The notes: a model not told the origin generated them from the letters alone. Shown: positions 51,427 through 62,137, numbered from the stretch's first letter. The stretch: 64,000 nt of DNA from Methanotrichaceae archaeon (GCA_963748825.1 CAVVKN010000010.1:128001-192000), one strand, 5' to 3'. Made by a program: numbers and translations.

Positions 51427-51624
51427 CTTGGGGGACTATAGGATGCCATCTATTAAATATGCCTGTCAGGGAGGTCTATGTGCGTCTTGGCTGGTTATGC
51501 GCGCATCTATCAGGCAGTCTGCTTTCAATTCTCAGTTGCCAAATTGCAGATAGCCAAAATTGCGGATAGAATAGCGGATGCCAGAAATAGCTTTATCTCT
51601 GATCGGGTCCTGGACAAAATCATT

Positions 51625-51897
51625 ATGCTAAAGCGCAATAATGGCAGCAAGGCAATATCGGCATCCGAGATCTCGCAATATGTCTACTGCCCAGTCTCAT
51701 GGTACCTGAAAAGATGCGGAGTGCAGCCGCAATCATACGGCCTGAAGAGAGGAATCGATGCGCATGAAAAAGCGGGAAGCAGGCTGGTCCTTCTAGAGAG
51801 ACGGGAGAGGGCGGCCGGAGTATTCCGATTGATGGGCTATTTCTCTGTGGTTGCTGCAATTTTGCTCATGGGATGGGTTTTATGGACTTATTTTTAA
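51625..51897 (+). CDS. Cas4 N-terminal-segment protein with a C-terminal TM helix (90 aa)
   Basis: ISASEISQYVYCPVSWYL...GIDAH, then hydrophobic tail YFSVVAAILLMGWVLWTYF. Confidence 0.75.
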   Translation: MLKRNNGSKAISASEISQYVYCPVSWYLKRCGVQPQSYGLKRGIDAHEKAGSRLVLLERRERAAGVFRLMGYFSVVAAILLMGWVLWTYF

Positions 51898-52427
51898 TTT
51901 TATTTTCCTTAGTTTTGGTTCTCTTGATTTTAGCCGTTGCTTTCCAATTGCTGTCAAAGAGAGAGTCGTCATCGGCAAAAACCATGCGCATGGTTTATGG
52001 AATTCCTGCGGGAAAGGTGATCTACTCTGATCTGGACCGCCCAGGAAAGGCCCTGTATTCCAAGAGCCTCGGCATCAGCGGCAAGCCGGATTACATAGTC
52101 AAAGGCAGAGGTCGCAGCTTGATTCCCGTGGAAATTAAGAGCGGACGAGCCCAAGAGCCCCATAGAAACCACGTCATGCAATTGGCGGCATACTGCTATC
52201 TGGTAGAAGAGAACTACCACAGGTCGGTTCCCTATGGGATAATTGTATATTCCGATGCAAAACAGCATAGAATCAATTTCGATAAATACCTGAGATCCGA
52301 TTTGCTGGCAACGGTAGACGAGATGAAGAGGGCTTTAGGGCATGATTGTCCCAAGAGAACGCATAACTATAAACAAAAATGCCGCCACTGTTCATTTAGC
52401 GGCAGCTGCAAGAACAGTCTGGTGTAG
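51882..52427 (+). CDS. cas4: Solo Cas4-family (RecB-like PD-(D/E)XK) nuclease with an N-terminal TM helix
   Basis: GKPD, PVEIK, QLAAY, CRHCSFSGSC; N-terminus LFLILFSLVLVLLILAVAFQLL. Confidence 0.85.
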   Translation: MDLFLILFSLVLVLLILAVAFQLLSKRESSSAKTMRMVYGIPAGKVIYSDLDRPGKALYSKSLGISGKPDYIVKGRGRSLIPVEIKSGRAQEPHRNHVMQLAAYCYLVEENYHRSVPYGIIVYSDAKQHRINFDKYLRSDLLATVDEMKRALGHDCPKRTHNYKQKCRHCSFSGSCKNSLV

Positions 52428-52567
52428 TGATGAGGCATTCTAACATTTGATATATTGAAACGGCGGCGTACCCGCGCAGCAAGCAACAAAGAGGTTGATA
52501 CCGGTAAATTTCAATTTAGCGCGCTCGATAGCCTGTGTAGACTCTCCTATCTTGTATAGTACCTTGC

Positions 52568-52765
52568 TCATATTGAAGAGAATATTTCCTTCAGCCTTTT
52601 TATCGGCGCAATTACTACGACCTGCTCATCCATCTCGATAGCCTTGCGAGTATCGCCTGATTCTAGGTAGATTCGGCTTAGGGCAACTAAATGGGCTAAT
52701 TGGCTCTGTTTATCTCCAAGTTCTTGGGTTAATGATAAAGCCCTTTCTAAAGATTTGATAGCCAT
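52568..52765 (-). pseudogene. TPR gene fragment
   Basis: A...LERAL.L.QELGDK....L..L..IY...GD..KAIE; only about one repeat. Confidence 0.5.
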
Positions 52766-52967
52766 AGCTACCTGGCTTTGTTCGCCCTGGATTTTAATGA
52801 ATTGATCAGAATGTAATAAAACAGGCGGGTGTAAAGTTGTAGCCTCGGGAAGTTATCGTATTCGCGCCATTCTCTTTCATCAACCTTATGCATATATCGC
52901 TTCGTGGTTATTATGTTGTTGTGCAGCACCATTGTATTTAAAATAAATATGTGTATTGACCTCACTA

Positions 52968-53756
52968 TTAATATATATTTTTCATCATTTTTAAGTTAAT
53001 CCTGGCAGTCGAGTCCAGCGTGAGCGGAGTCAGGGAGATCTTCCTGTCCTGGTAGATAGTCTGCACATCGGTGCCCTCTGCATCACAGCAGATCAGATCG
53101 CCATCTATCCAGTAGTAGGGCCTTCCTCTCGGATCAAAGCGCTCCTGCACAGTGGTCTTGAAGATCTTGCGAGCCAGCCTGGTGACGACAATCTCCGTAT
53201 CCTCTGTGGCATCGGCCGGCACATTCAGATTCAAAACATCCACTCCCTCAGGAAGGCCGTGCTCCAGCACCTTGGTGGCCACGCGGCGCAGCACTTTCGT
53301 GGCTATGTCAAAATTGTGCTTCTCGCCGTGGTGCATATCGAATTTGTCGCCCTGGTCTACAACCTGAATCGATGCGGCGATGGAGGGAATGCCGTAGCTG
53401 GCAGCCTCCAGTGCTGCGCCGATGGTCCCGCTTGTGGTGACCGTGTCGGTGCTGATGTTCTCGCCCACATTGATTCCCGAGACGACAAGGTCGGGAAGCT
53501 CGCCCTTCATGATGGCGAAGATGCCGATAATGACGGAATCGACGGGCGTTCCCGTGACGGCATAGGCATGAAAACCATTCAGGTTTACTTCTGCGTAGCG
53601 CAGCGGCTCAAAGACAGAAACGGATCTTCCTACGCCGCTCATCTGCCCGGAGGGCGCAGCTACTACTACCTGGCCCAGGCCCTGCACGCTTCTAGCGGCA
53701 GCCTGCAGCCCAGAGGCGTAAACGCCGTCGTCATTGCTGACCAGTATGCGATGCAT
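52968..53756 (-). CDS. surE: 5'/3'-nucleotidase SurE
   Basis: ILVSNDDG, GTPVD, VSGIN.GEN, SGTIGAALEA. Confidence 0.96.
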   Translation of the reverse strand: MHRILVSNDDGVYASGLQAAARSVQGLGQVVVAAPSGQMSGVGRSVSVFEPLRYAEVNLNGFHAYAVTGTPVDSVIIGIFAIMKGELPDLVVSGINVGENISTDTVTTSGTIGAALEAASYGIPSIAASIQVVDQGDKFDMHHGEKHNFDIATKVLRRVATKVLEHGLPEGVDVLNLNVPADATEDTEIVVTRLARKIFKTTVQERFDPRGRPYYWIDGDLICCDAEGTDVQTIYQDRKISLTPLTLDSTARINLKMMKNIY

Positions 53757-53795
53757 CGCTACAGTCCTAAGTTGCCTTAGATATTAAAACATCTG

Positions 53796-54671
53796 CTAAT
53801 TGAACATCTCCAGCAGCCGTTCTACGATCTTGTTGAAGCTGCCGCCCGCATTCGTCTCACTCTGCACAAATGACTGCCCTCGGTCGCCCAAGGCGCAGAC
53901 ACTGGGATCAATGGGAATTGCCCCCAGGAAGGGAACATCCATCTCCTCTGCCATTCTTTTCCCTCCGCCAGCACCGAAGATGCTTATGCTTTCGCCGCAA
54001 TGCGGACAGTTCAGGCCGGACATATTCTCCACAATGCCCAGAACGGGGATCTTCATGGCCTTAACCATGTTCACCGCCTTTCGAGAGTCGAGCAGAGCGA
54101 CCTCCTGGGGTGTGGTTACTATTATCGCCCCGGCCAGCTCGGGGATGAGCTGCACCACGGAAAGCGGCTCGTCAGAGGTTCCTGGCGGCAGATCAACGAT
54201 GAGAAAGTCAAGATCACCCCAGTTCACATCCTGAATGAACTGCTTGATGGCGGCCATCTTCATGGGCCCGCGCCAGACCACGGGCGAGTCGCGGCTGGAG
54301 AGAATTAGAGCCATGGATGCCGCCTTTATGCCGTCCGCCTTTGCGGGCTCAATCCCATCTTGCCCTTGCATCAGCCTTGCATCCTCTATTCCGAGGAGCT
54401 TGGGAATATCCGGGCCGGTGATATCGGCATCCAGTATGCCCACTCGCATGCCCTTTATCTGCAGAGCGCGGGCCAGGTTAACAGAGACTGTACTCTTGCC
54501 TACGCCACCTTTGCCGCTGGCGATAATGATTTTGTGCTTGATTTTGGCCATGCGATCGACTTTGTGCGTGCATTCTTTTCCATCATTCTGATCTTTGCAG
54601 GAGCCCTTTTGGGCACACGAATCGCAATCATTGTTCTGTTTTGTCATGAGAGTCATTCCGCTAGTTGGCAT
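53796..54671 (-). CDS. mrp: Mrp/ApbC/NBP35 Fe-S cluster carrier ATPase
   Basis: SGKGGVGKST, WRGP, DLPPGTSDE, ENMS...CPHC. Confidence 0.93.
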   Translation of the reverse strand: MPTSGMTLMTKQNNDCDSCAQKGSCKDQNDGKECTHKVDRMAKIKHKIIIASGKGGVGKSTVSVNLARALQIKGMRVGILDADITGPDIPKLLGIEDARLMQGQDGIEPAKADGIKAASMALILSSRDSPVVWRGPMKMAAIKQFIQDVNWGDLDFLIVDLPPGTSDEPLSVVQLIPELAGAIIVTTPQEVALLDSRKAVNMVKAMKIPVLGIVENMSGLNCPHCGESISIFGAGGGKRMAEEMDVPFLGAIPIDPSVCALGDRGQSFVQSETNAGGSFNKIVERLLEMFN

Positions 54672-54749
54672 GTAATTGGTTATTATGATTTGTATAACAA
54701 TAGTTACAATTTATATTATTTATAACTTTCAATTTTAATCAGTTTTTGA

Positions 54750-55658
54750 TCATTGCTCGATTGGATTTTCAGTTGCATGAAAATAGAGCTTGCCATTATG
54801 CTGCCTTCTGGATATCAGGCTGTCCTTCTCCATGATCTTGCAGTATTTGATGGCGTCGCTTCCGTCTATTTCCAGGTGGCGGCTTATCTCCTCTAGGGTG
54901 CAGGGCCTGGCAGAGAGAAGATCTATCAGCCTGTCTCGGATACGGGCGGGAACACTCCAGTCCCAGTCCGGTATCAACTCAGCACCGGGAAAGATCTCCA
55001 GCATCCTTTGCATCTCCTCCTCGCTCAGAGCTTGCACGGGCTCAGCCGGCGGCCGGACCACCGTGTTGAGCTGAATCCTGTCCGGCTGGGTAGACTCAGC
55101 CGCCCTTGCGATCAATTCAGCCTCCTGGTCATTTATGCCCCTCACCAGCATCACCTCCAGCCAGATCTCGCCGGAAAATTCCTTCCGGAAGTCCTTTAAG
55201 CCCTGAATCATATCCTTCGCATAAAGACCGGATGCTGGCCTGTTGACGGCCAAAAAAGCCGCCTGGCTGGCTGCATCCAAGGACGGCAAGACCACATCCG
55301 CAGCCGCGATCTCTCTTCGAACCGAGGGGCTGGAGAGAAGGGTGCTATTGGTGATCACTGCCACGGGAGAGTCGACAATCTCCTTGGCCTGGGCCACGAT
55401 CTCGCCCAGATCAAGGCTTAACGTCGGCTCTCCCGATCCGGCAAAGGTGAGGTGGTCGAAAGGCTCTCCCCGTCTCAGCTCGATCTCCTTCAAGACCTTC
55501 TGGCGGGGCACGAAACGATCCCGGCATGAGGTTAAACAGGCGGTCCGGCCCAGCTCACAGTAGACGCAATCCAGGTTGCAGGTCTTGTATTTGAGCAGGT
55601 CCACGCCCATGGACAGGCCCAGGCGCCGAGAGAGCACAGGCCCAAAGAGGTATCCCAT
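54750..55658 (-). CDS. Radical SAM protein (COG0731-like)
   Basis: GPVLSRRLG.S.G, CNLDCVYC, GSGEPTL. Confidence 0.9.
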   Translation of the reverse strand: MGYLFGPVLSRRLGLSMGVDLLKYKTCNLDCVYCELGRTACLTSCRDRFVPRQKVLKEIELRRGEPFDHLTFAGSGEPTLSLDLGEIVAQAKEIVDSPVAVITNSTLLSSPSVRREIAAADVVLPSLDAASQAAFLAVNRPASGLYAKDMIQGLKDFRKEFSGEIWLEVMLVRGINDQEAELIARAAESTQPDRIQLNTVVRPPAEPVQALSEEEMQRMLEIFPGAELIPDWDWSVPARIRDRLIDLLSARPCTLEEISRHLEIDGSDAIKYCKIMEKDSLISRRQHNGKLYFHATENPIEQ

Positions 55659-55924
55659 AATTATTTCCCGATCTGCATTTGTCCTTACTATTTATCCTTT
55701 CCAGATGATGACTGACCCTCATTCAGATTTAACTCTATTTATTTGCCCGTTCCTTCTTTTGATTTTGTCTTTTTTAGTCAAACGGCGGCGGCAAACCCCG
55801 CAGCAGAGCCTGCGGGCATACGAGGCGCCGCCGCATGAAGACGGAAACAGGTAGCTGATCTCTTCTGTCTTTCACATTCTCCTTACCGATAAAGCTTAAA
55901 TTACAGCGCGCCTGAACAACCCGC

Positions 55925-56869
55925 ATGGACGAGGCTCTTGAACTGATCGAAAAGCTCGGGGCAAGCGATGACTACTTCGAACGCCAGAAGGCAGCTTGGG
56001 CCCTGGTGAATCTGGGAGAAGCCGCTGTAGACCAGGCTGCAAAAGCCCTGGAGAATGGCGAGTTTTCCGATCTGCGATACAAATCCGCCTGGGTTCTGGG
56101 AAAGATCGGCAGCTCCAGGGGAGTAGAGCCGCTCTGCCGGGCCATGCTCAATGATCCTGATCAAGTGGTTCGCGAATGGTGCGCTGCTGCCCTAGAAGCT
56201 GTGAAGAGCCAGGATGCGGTTCCCGCACTGGTTTTAGCTATGAAACGGGACAGCTCCAAAGATGTGCGTCTGCGGGCGGCAATGTCACTGCGCAAGCTGG
56301 AGGCTGCAGAGGCCTTGCATGATCTCTTAAGCTATGCTGAGCCCGAGATCCGGGGCATGGCAGTGACTGGTCTTGCCAAGATCGGGCACCGGGAATCTCT
56401 GCAGGATGTGGCCCGGCTGATGCAGGATGAGGAAATGGAGGTTCGGCGCAGAGCTGCAGCCTTCATGGGAGAGGTGGCCTGTGATGAGGGCTTGAGCTGT
56501 CTGGCCCAGGCATTGCAGGACAGCGAGAGCGCCGTCAGGTGCGAGGCGCTAAAATCCCTGGGAAAGATAAAGGACGAGAGAGCCTCTGATCTAGCTTTGC
56601 AGGCCTTGAAAGATCAGGACTGGCAGGTTCGCTACACTGCCGTCATAGCCCTTGGCGAAATCGGTCACAACAAAGCACTGGTGCCCCTGGTGGAGATCAT
56701 GTTCGGGCAGGAGGATGAGGAGATGCGGGCCTGGGCAGCCTGGAGTCTGGGAGAGATTGGAGATGAGAGGGCGATAGAGCCGCTGCAGAAGGCCTACAAG
56801 ACCTGTCCCACGGAAGTGATGAAGAAGGCCAAAGATTCGCTGGAAGAGGTTTTCGGGCTGAAGATTTGA
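55925..56869 (+). CDS. HEAT-repeat (PBS lyase-like) protein
   Basis: Repeated D....VR..AA..LG.IG motifs. Confidence 0.9.
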   Translation: MDEALELIEKLGASDDYFERQKAAWALVNLGEAAVDQAAKALENGEFSDLRYKSAWVLGKIGSSRGVEPLCRAMLNDPDQVVREWCAAALEAVKSQDAVPALVLAMKRDSSKDVRLRAAMSLRKLEAAEALHDLLSYAEPEIRGMAVTGLAKIGHRESLQDVARLMQDEEMEVRRRAAAFMGEVACDEGLSCLAQALQDSESAVRCEALKSLGKIKDERASDLALQALKDQDWQVRYTAVIALGEIGHNKALVPLVEIMFGQEDEEMRAWAAWSLGEIGDERAIEPLQKAYKTCPTEVMKKAKDSLEEVFGLKI

Positions 56870-56910
56870 CAGGTATTGACGAGGAAAAAAGGCAGGCTTT
56901 TAGAATTACA

Positions 56911-57918
56911 TCATTCCTCATAATAATAAGGCTCTGAAGATTGTTTAAGAGAAGAGGCCGCCTCAGGGACCACCTCGGGCTGCCTCTGAAGAACAATGTT
57001 TCGGTAGGGGTAGGGGATCTCTATCCCCTCAGCATCAAACCTTTTTTTAACCGCTTCGCGGATATCGCATCCTGTATCAAATGCTAATCCTCTATTAGGC
57101 ACGTGGAATGTCAGCCGGAGATTTACGGCAAAGTCTCCCAGCTCCGTAAGGCGGACGTTGATCTCCTCATCCTTCAATACATGGGGATGCCGTTTGGTCT
57201 CCTCTATGATGATGCTTCGGGCCTTGTCGATGTCGGATGAGTAGCCTATTCCGAAATCAACCGGCCAGATCGTCTCCGGGCTGCCGAGGCTCCAGTTGAC
57301 GATATAGTCGCTGCTCATCAAACTGTTTGGGACTATTATCCTCCTCAGATCCCATGTGCAAACTATCGTATGCCTCAAAGTAAGATCCTCAATATGCCCG
57401 TATTCTCCTTTGAAGTCGACATAATCACCAATGCGGATTGGTTTAAAAATCACCAACAAGATTCCCGATATTACATTAGATAGAGAGTCTTGAGCAGCAA
57501 AACCTATGGCGAGGCCAGCTACACCTGCACCGGCCAGCATGGCGATAGCAACCCGATTCAAGGATGGTATCTGCAGTATTATCATTAAAATTCCAATTGT
57601 ATATATTGCAGCAACTATCAGCCTGCGAGTCATGGCATGAGAGGTCTCATCGAACTCCTTGTCCATCTTGCTGGCTTCAAGGATTCGCGGGATGTGCTTT
57701 TTGAGCAACTCATCGACTATTCTGGCGATTAGGATAGTTGCAAGAATAATCACCAATATAGAAAAAACGGTCGTGATGAGATCCCAGAGATTCGTTCCAA
57801 GAACTTTTTCGATATAATTTATGGAAAAATATTCTGTGATTGAGGCTGGCTCAGATACGGGGCTCTGTCCAATTAATTGAGTAGAAATTGCAGGATTCTT
57901 TACAACTGGATCGGCCAT
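56911..57918 (-). CDS. mscS: Small-conductance mechanosensitive channel
   Basis: GLAIGFAAQD.LSN...P...GD, VPNS, GIEIPYP. Confidence 0.92.
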   Translation of the reverse strand: MADPVVKNPAISTQLIGQSPVSEPASITEYFSINYIEKVLGTNLWDLITTVFSILVIILATILIARIVDELLKKHIPRILEASKMDKEFDETSHAMTRRLIVAAIYTIGILMIILQIPSLNRVAIAMLAGAGVAGLAIGFAAQDSLSNVISGILLVIFKPIRIGDYVDFKGEYGHIEDLTLRHTIVCTWDLRRIIVPNSLMSSDYIVNWSLGSPETIWPVDFGIGYSSDIDKARSIIIEETKRHPHVLKDEEINVRLTELGDFAVNLRLTFHVPNRGLAFDTGCDIREAVKKRFDAEGIEIPYPYRNIVLQRQPEVVPEAASSLKQSSEPYYYEE

Positions 57919-57975
57919 TAATCAAATTTCATCTACCGCAATACTTAAACGTTTTGTGATCAAACAGTTTAAAAG

Positions 57976-59217
57976 ATGTTGCGTATAGTATTCAAACATA
58001 AGATAGATTTTAAAGACTCAAGGCGCAAAACGAGAAAGATATCATTTCCAGGCATTCTTCGTGTTTGCCTTCTGGCTCTGTTGGCATTCTTACTCGTATC
58101 GGCTACCATAACTTCGACAACATATATTGTCTCAGAAAAATCGGATGACTATTCCATTCAAAGCGCCATTAACAAGGCAAAGGAAGGAGATAGAGTCATT
58201 GTCAAGAGTGGAATCTATTCGGAAAGACTGAATATTACAAAAAAATTAATTATCATAGGTGTGGATACGGGAAAAGGATTGCCAGTAGTAAATGCAAATG
58301 AGAAAAATAGTGCGATAACTCTATTTGTGGATGGTATCTGGCTCGAGGGCTTCTCGGTCGTAAACTCAGGCAGCTCTTGGCAAGATGCAGGAATTAAGGT
58401 CTTCTCCAATAACAACCTTATTCGTGGAAATATTTTGAATAATAATTCTTATGGTATCTATCTAAGAAATTCTGCAAATAATAGATTAGAATCCAATCTA
58501 GCCAGGGGAAATGATGTAGGCATTGCACTTCAATCCTCTAATAATAATATAATATCAAATAATATTGCAACAAACAACTATTTTGCAGGATTTTTTTCAG
58601 GCAATTCGAGGAATAATACGATTAGAAATAATACAGGTCAGGCAAATGCCTGGGTGGGTTTCCTATTTAACGATACCGAAAATAGTTCGATTCAAGGAAA
58701 TATTGCTGTCGAAAATGCTAACGCAGGCATTTGGATCCTGAATTCCAGATCGAATCAGATAAAAGAGAATAACGCAAGCAATAGCCCCATATTTGGATTT
58801 GTCTTAGATGCATCATTCAATAATACTCTCTTTGGGAATACTGCATATAGAAACCTTGACGGCATCAGCATGGATAGATCAAGCGGCAACATTATAATAA
58901 ATAATAATATTAGTGATAATATCTTTGGTATGTACTTAGATAGGTCCAGCAATAATTCGATTTATCTTAATAATTTCGTAGGAAATGCAATAAATGTTAA
59001 TTCATATAGCTCCTCAAATCAATGGAACTCGGATAAAGCATTCAATTACCTGTATAAAGGCATGATATATTCGAACGACCTGGGAAATTTCTGGTGCGAT
59101 TACGAAGGAAACGATACATATGAATCAGGGATCGGAAATACGGATTACGTTAAAGAATTCGTAAAAGATAGAAGACCTTTAGTCTCCAGGAAGGAATTCT
59201 ATCAAATCCTGACGTAA
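57976..59217 (+). CDS. NosD/CASH parallel beta-helix surface protein
   Basis: SIQSAINKA..GD, many GI.L..S.NN repeats, GNFWCDY.G.D. Confidence 0.88.
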   Translation: MLRIVFKHKIDFKDSRRKTRKISFPGILRVCLLALLAFLLVSATITSTTYIVSEKSDDYSIQSAINKAKEGDRVIVKSGIYSERLNITKKLIIIGVDTGKGLPVVNANEKNSAITLFVDGIWLEGFSVVNSGSSWQDAGIKVFSNNNLIRGNILNNNSYGIYLRNSANNRLESNLARGNDVGIALQSSNNNIISNNIATNNYFAGFFSGNSRNNTIRNNTGQANAWVGFLFNDTENSSIQGNIAVENANAGIWILNSRSNQIKENNASNSPIFGFVLDASFNNTLFGNTAYRNLDGISMDRSSGNIIINNNISDNIFGMYLDRSSNNSIYLNNFVGNAINVNSYSSSNQWNSDKAFNYLYKGMIYSNDLGNFWCDYEGNDTYESGIGNTDYVKEFVKDRRPLVSRKEFYQILT

Positions 59218-59241
59218 TATTCAATTCAACACATCAGCGAG

Positions 59242-60243
59242 CTATTTCTTCCTCAACACGTGGCACGCTCCTCCGCCCTGCTTTTCAAAATAGTCCTGAT
59301 GATACTCTTCCGCTGCATAGAAAGTCGAGGCCGGGACGATCTGGGTCGTGGCTTTGTTTAAGTAGACCCCGGAGCGGTCGAACTCCTCTTTGGATCTTTC
59401 TGCCGCCCCCCTCTGCTCCTCACTATGATAGAAGATGGCAGAGCGATACTGCGTGCCCACATCCGGGCCCTGGCGGTTTTTTGTGGTTGGGTCATGCATC
59501 CTCCAGAATAAAGAGAGCAGCTCTTCATAGGATATTATCCCAGGATCAAATTTTAGCTGCACCGCCTCAGCATGGCCGGTAATTCCCGTGCAAACCTTCC
59601 GGTAGGTGGGGTCAGGAGAAGTTCCACCGGTGTAGCCCACGGTTGTCTCCACCACGCCTTTGGTCTGTTTAAAAAGGGATTCAACGCCCCAAAAGCAGCC
59701 GGCGGCAAAGGTGGCCGTCTGGAGCTCTGAATCAGCCTTTTCCGAGCCCCTGGATTTTTCATCGTTTTTGGTTGGATTCTGGCTGGATGGGTCCTGGCCA
59801 AACAGCTTCACGTATTCGCCGTAGCCCTCTTTTTCCAGATCCTCCACGGGAATAAAGCGCAAAGACGCGGAATTGATGCAGTAGCGAAGGCCCGTGGGCT
59901 TGGGCCCGTCATCGAATACATGTCCCAGGTGCGAATTGGCGTTCTTGCTGCGCACCTCTTCCCGGTTCATGCCGTAGCTGCTGTCCGTCTTGCTGACAAC
60001 GTTTTCATCTTTCAAGGGCCTGGTGAAGCTGGGCCAGCCTGTTCCCGAGTCAAATTTATCCTGCGAGCTGAATAGCGGTTCGCCGGATACCACATCCACA
60101 TAGATGCCAGCCTTTTTGTTGTTCCAGAATTCGTTCTGGAAGGGCGGCTCTGTTCCGCATTGCTGGGTCACATGGAACTGGAGGGGAGTCAGTTTCTTTT
60201 TGACATTTCCGTTCGAATTATCAGTGGTCACTTGCACACGCAC
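59242..60243 (-). CDS. msrAB: Bifunctional peptide-methionine sulfoxide reductase MsrB-MsrA
   Basis: MsrB GWPSF, HLGHVF.DGP, RYCINS; MsrA GCFWG, GHAE, QYRS, AEEYHQ. Confidence 0.95.
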   Translation of the reverse strand: MRVQVTTDNSNGNVKKKLTPLQFHVTQQCGTEPPFQNEFWNNKKAGIYVDVVSGEPLFSSQDKFDSGTGWPSFTRPLKDENVVSKTDSSYGMNREEVRSKNANSHLGHVFDDGPKPTGLRYCINSASLRFIPVEDLEKEGYGEYVKLFGQDPSSQNPTKNDEKSRGSEKADSELQTATFAAGCFWGVESLFKQTKGVVETTVGYTGGTSPDPTYRKVCTGITGHAEAVQLKFDPGIISYEELLSLFWRMHDPTTKNRQGPDVGTQYRSAIFYHSEEQRGAAERSKEEFDRSGVYLNKATTQIVPASTFYAAEEYHQDYFEKQGGGACHVLRKK

Positions 60244-60268
60244 ACCTCTCTTGAAAGTATCATTTTTT

Positions 60269-60763
60269 TTACGTTTTAACCAGTAGTGCTACCTCATTTC
60301 GGCGCATGAAGGGCGGAGTCCAGGGAGGATTATAACGCATGACAAAGGGCTTGCCTTCTGTTTTGATCCCGTGCTCCTGCAAAGTTTGCTCCAGGACCCT
60401 CAGATTTTTTTCATCCTGCTCCGGGCCAGCAAATCCGGAAAATCTTATGACGGCCAATGTCCTGGAAGCAACGGATTCGATTTTTATCTGCTCGTCGGTG
60501 GGCTTGGGAAGGCTCAACAAATCATACCTCTTGGGCATGACAAAGGCCATGCGCTCCTCGTCCGTAACAACCGGCGCAGTCATTCCGATGCGCTCTTTAT
60601 GGCTGTTATCTCCAAAGATGTAGCCTGCCAGAGTGCCAAAGGCCCCGTTCTCGCTTCCTTTAACGGTTGCCGCCCAAATCTGCGGCCGGTACTCTCTGAT
60701 CTCAACATTGTTCTCCAGGCTCCCCAGAACGGTATAACCAGGCTCTTCAACTTTTGAGAACAT
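60269..60763 (-). CDS. SOUL heme-binding family protein
   Basis: [34 protein letters not shown]. Confidence 0.9.
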   Translation of the reverse strand: MFSKVEEPGYTVLGSLENNVEIREYRPQIWAATVKGSENGAFGTLAGYIFGDNSHKERIGMTAPVVTDEERMAFVMPKRYDLLSLPKPTDEQIKIESVASRTLAVIRFSGFAGPEQDEKNLRVLEQTLQEHGIKTEGKPFVMRYNPPWTPPFMRRNEVALLVKT

Positions 60764-60999
60764 TTATGTCCATCCAGAATGATCGATCTCTGCAAACTAT
60801 GCAATCATGGCCCCGAGGTCCAGGGCTTTGCATGGATGAGTTTTTCTTGATGATCAAGTGAATTATTTCGCCATATTGGGATAAATCCTTTTGGGCCTTG
60901 TTCTCTATTTTCAATGACCAGCCAATGCCAATCAAGGATTGAATTGATCTTCAGGCCATGCCAGCTAGGACAATACCTACATCTTTTTTAATCGCTTTT

Positions 61000-61674
61000 T
61001 TAATCGCAGTATCCATATTCATTGCATGGTTCAGAGCAGCATTTGTCTTTGCAGGAATACTGCCAGGATAAACACGTTTCTGGTGGGGTGCAGATATTCC
61101 TATAATTAGGCATCAATTGTATCGATTTAAATACATCCAAAAGCATTGGTGCATCCGTATCGAATTGATCTGCTGGAGCATAGATCCCCGCGAGAAATTC
61201 CACTGTCGTACCATACCCCATCAGTTCATTTGTTACAATTGTAAAAGATCCTTTTGCAGGGATGCCATTAACTGAGAACGAACCGCGCATTGACTTTCCT
61301 GAAGCCAAAAAACCAGTATAAGAAGCAAACGCATTTGCTAAATCCTGATTATCTTCATATCCGATAATTCTCATGTCTGTTACCTGACTATCTCCCAGAC
61401 TGAAATCCTGTGGCATATAATTCTCCAAGTAAGTCTCAGGAGTGGTGTATGCCGGTAACATGTCGAAGCCTTGATGTAAACGGTTCAGGGCAATTATTCC
61501 TCTTGCTGGGTTAGTAGAATCTGATGCAGCTATCCCGCAGCATCCCATGCCAACAATGCTCCAGCCCTCTGGCGCAGAAATAGTATAATATACCACTCCC
61601 GGGGGACAATCCATATCTCCCATGCATGTGCCCGCAGTCGCCATCAGAAGCATCAATGATAATATGTATTTCAC
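61000..61674 (-). CDS. Secreted hypothetical protein with a Cys-rich tail
   Basis: Signal peptide, APEGW motif, C-terminal Cys cluster. Confidence 0.65.
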   Translation of the reverse strand: MKYILSLMLLMATAGTCMGDMDCPPGVVYYTISAPEGWSIVGMGCCGIAASDSTNPARGIIALNRLHQGFDMLPAYTTPETYLENYMPQDFSLGDSQVTDMRIIGYEDNQDLANAFASYTGFLASGKSMRGSFSVNGIPAKGSFTIVTNELMGYGTTVEFLAGIYAPADQFDTDAPMLLDVFKSIQLMPNYRNICTPPETCLSWQYSCKDKCCSEPCNEYGYCD

Positions 61675-62137
61675 GATTTATCCTCCCATTATTGCCATTC
61701 CATAGATATTCTCAAAATAAATACTTAAAAACGTCGGATGTGAAATAGAGACTTCAATAACGCAGCCAGACAATGTCTCATATGTTTTTGCTTGATATTT
61801 GTTATTATCAAAAAAGGGAAGACAATGCACTCAAATCCCTGGGTTGGACCTGCGAAGCCATGCTGCCTTCGCCAAAGAAATTGCTCATACTGGTTCACCC
61901 CAACGAAAATATCTTCGACTTGCGTTGTCCCTTTGAGTGGACTACACCCCTAATAGTAGACAGATAGTTAAGCAATGATATTTAAATCAACTTCCTGTTC
62001 GAATTCAAAAACCAATGCAATTCTAAAAGCCATTGAAGCTAAGTCGCAGCCATTGCAATTCCTCTGACTTCAGAAATTGATGGTTTTGGGATCACCAAGG
62101 ATAAATATCCAGCCGTCCTATTGTTAATTGGTTTTTT

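Noticed and set aside
51478-51624. N-terminal extension of the Cas4 N-fragment ORF in the ORF track
   Set aside because: Falls in the divergent promoter region shared with trm5; Cas4 similarity starts just after the ATG at 51625
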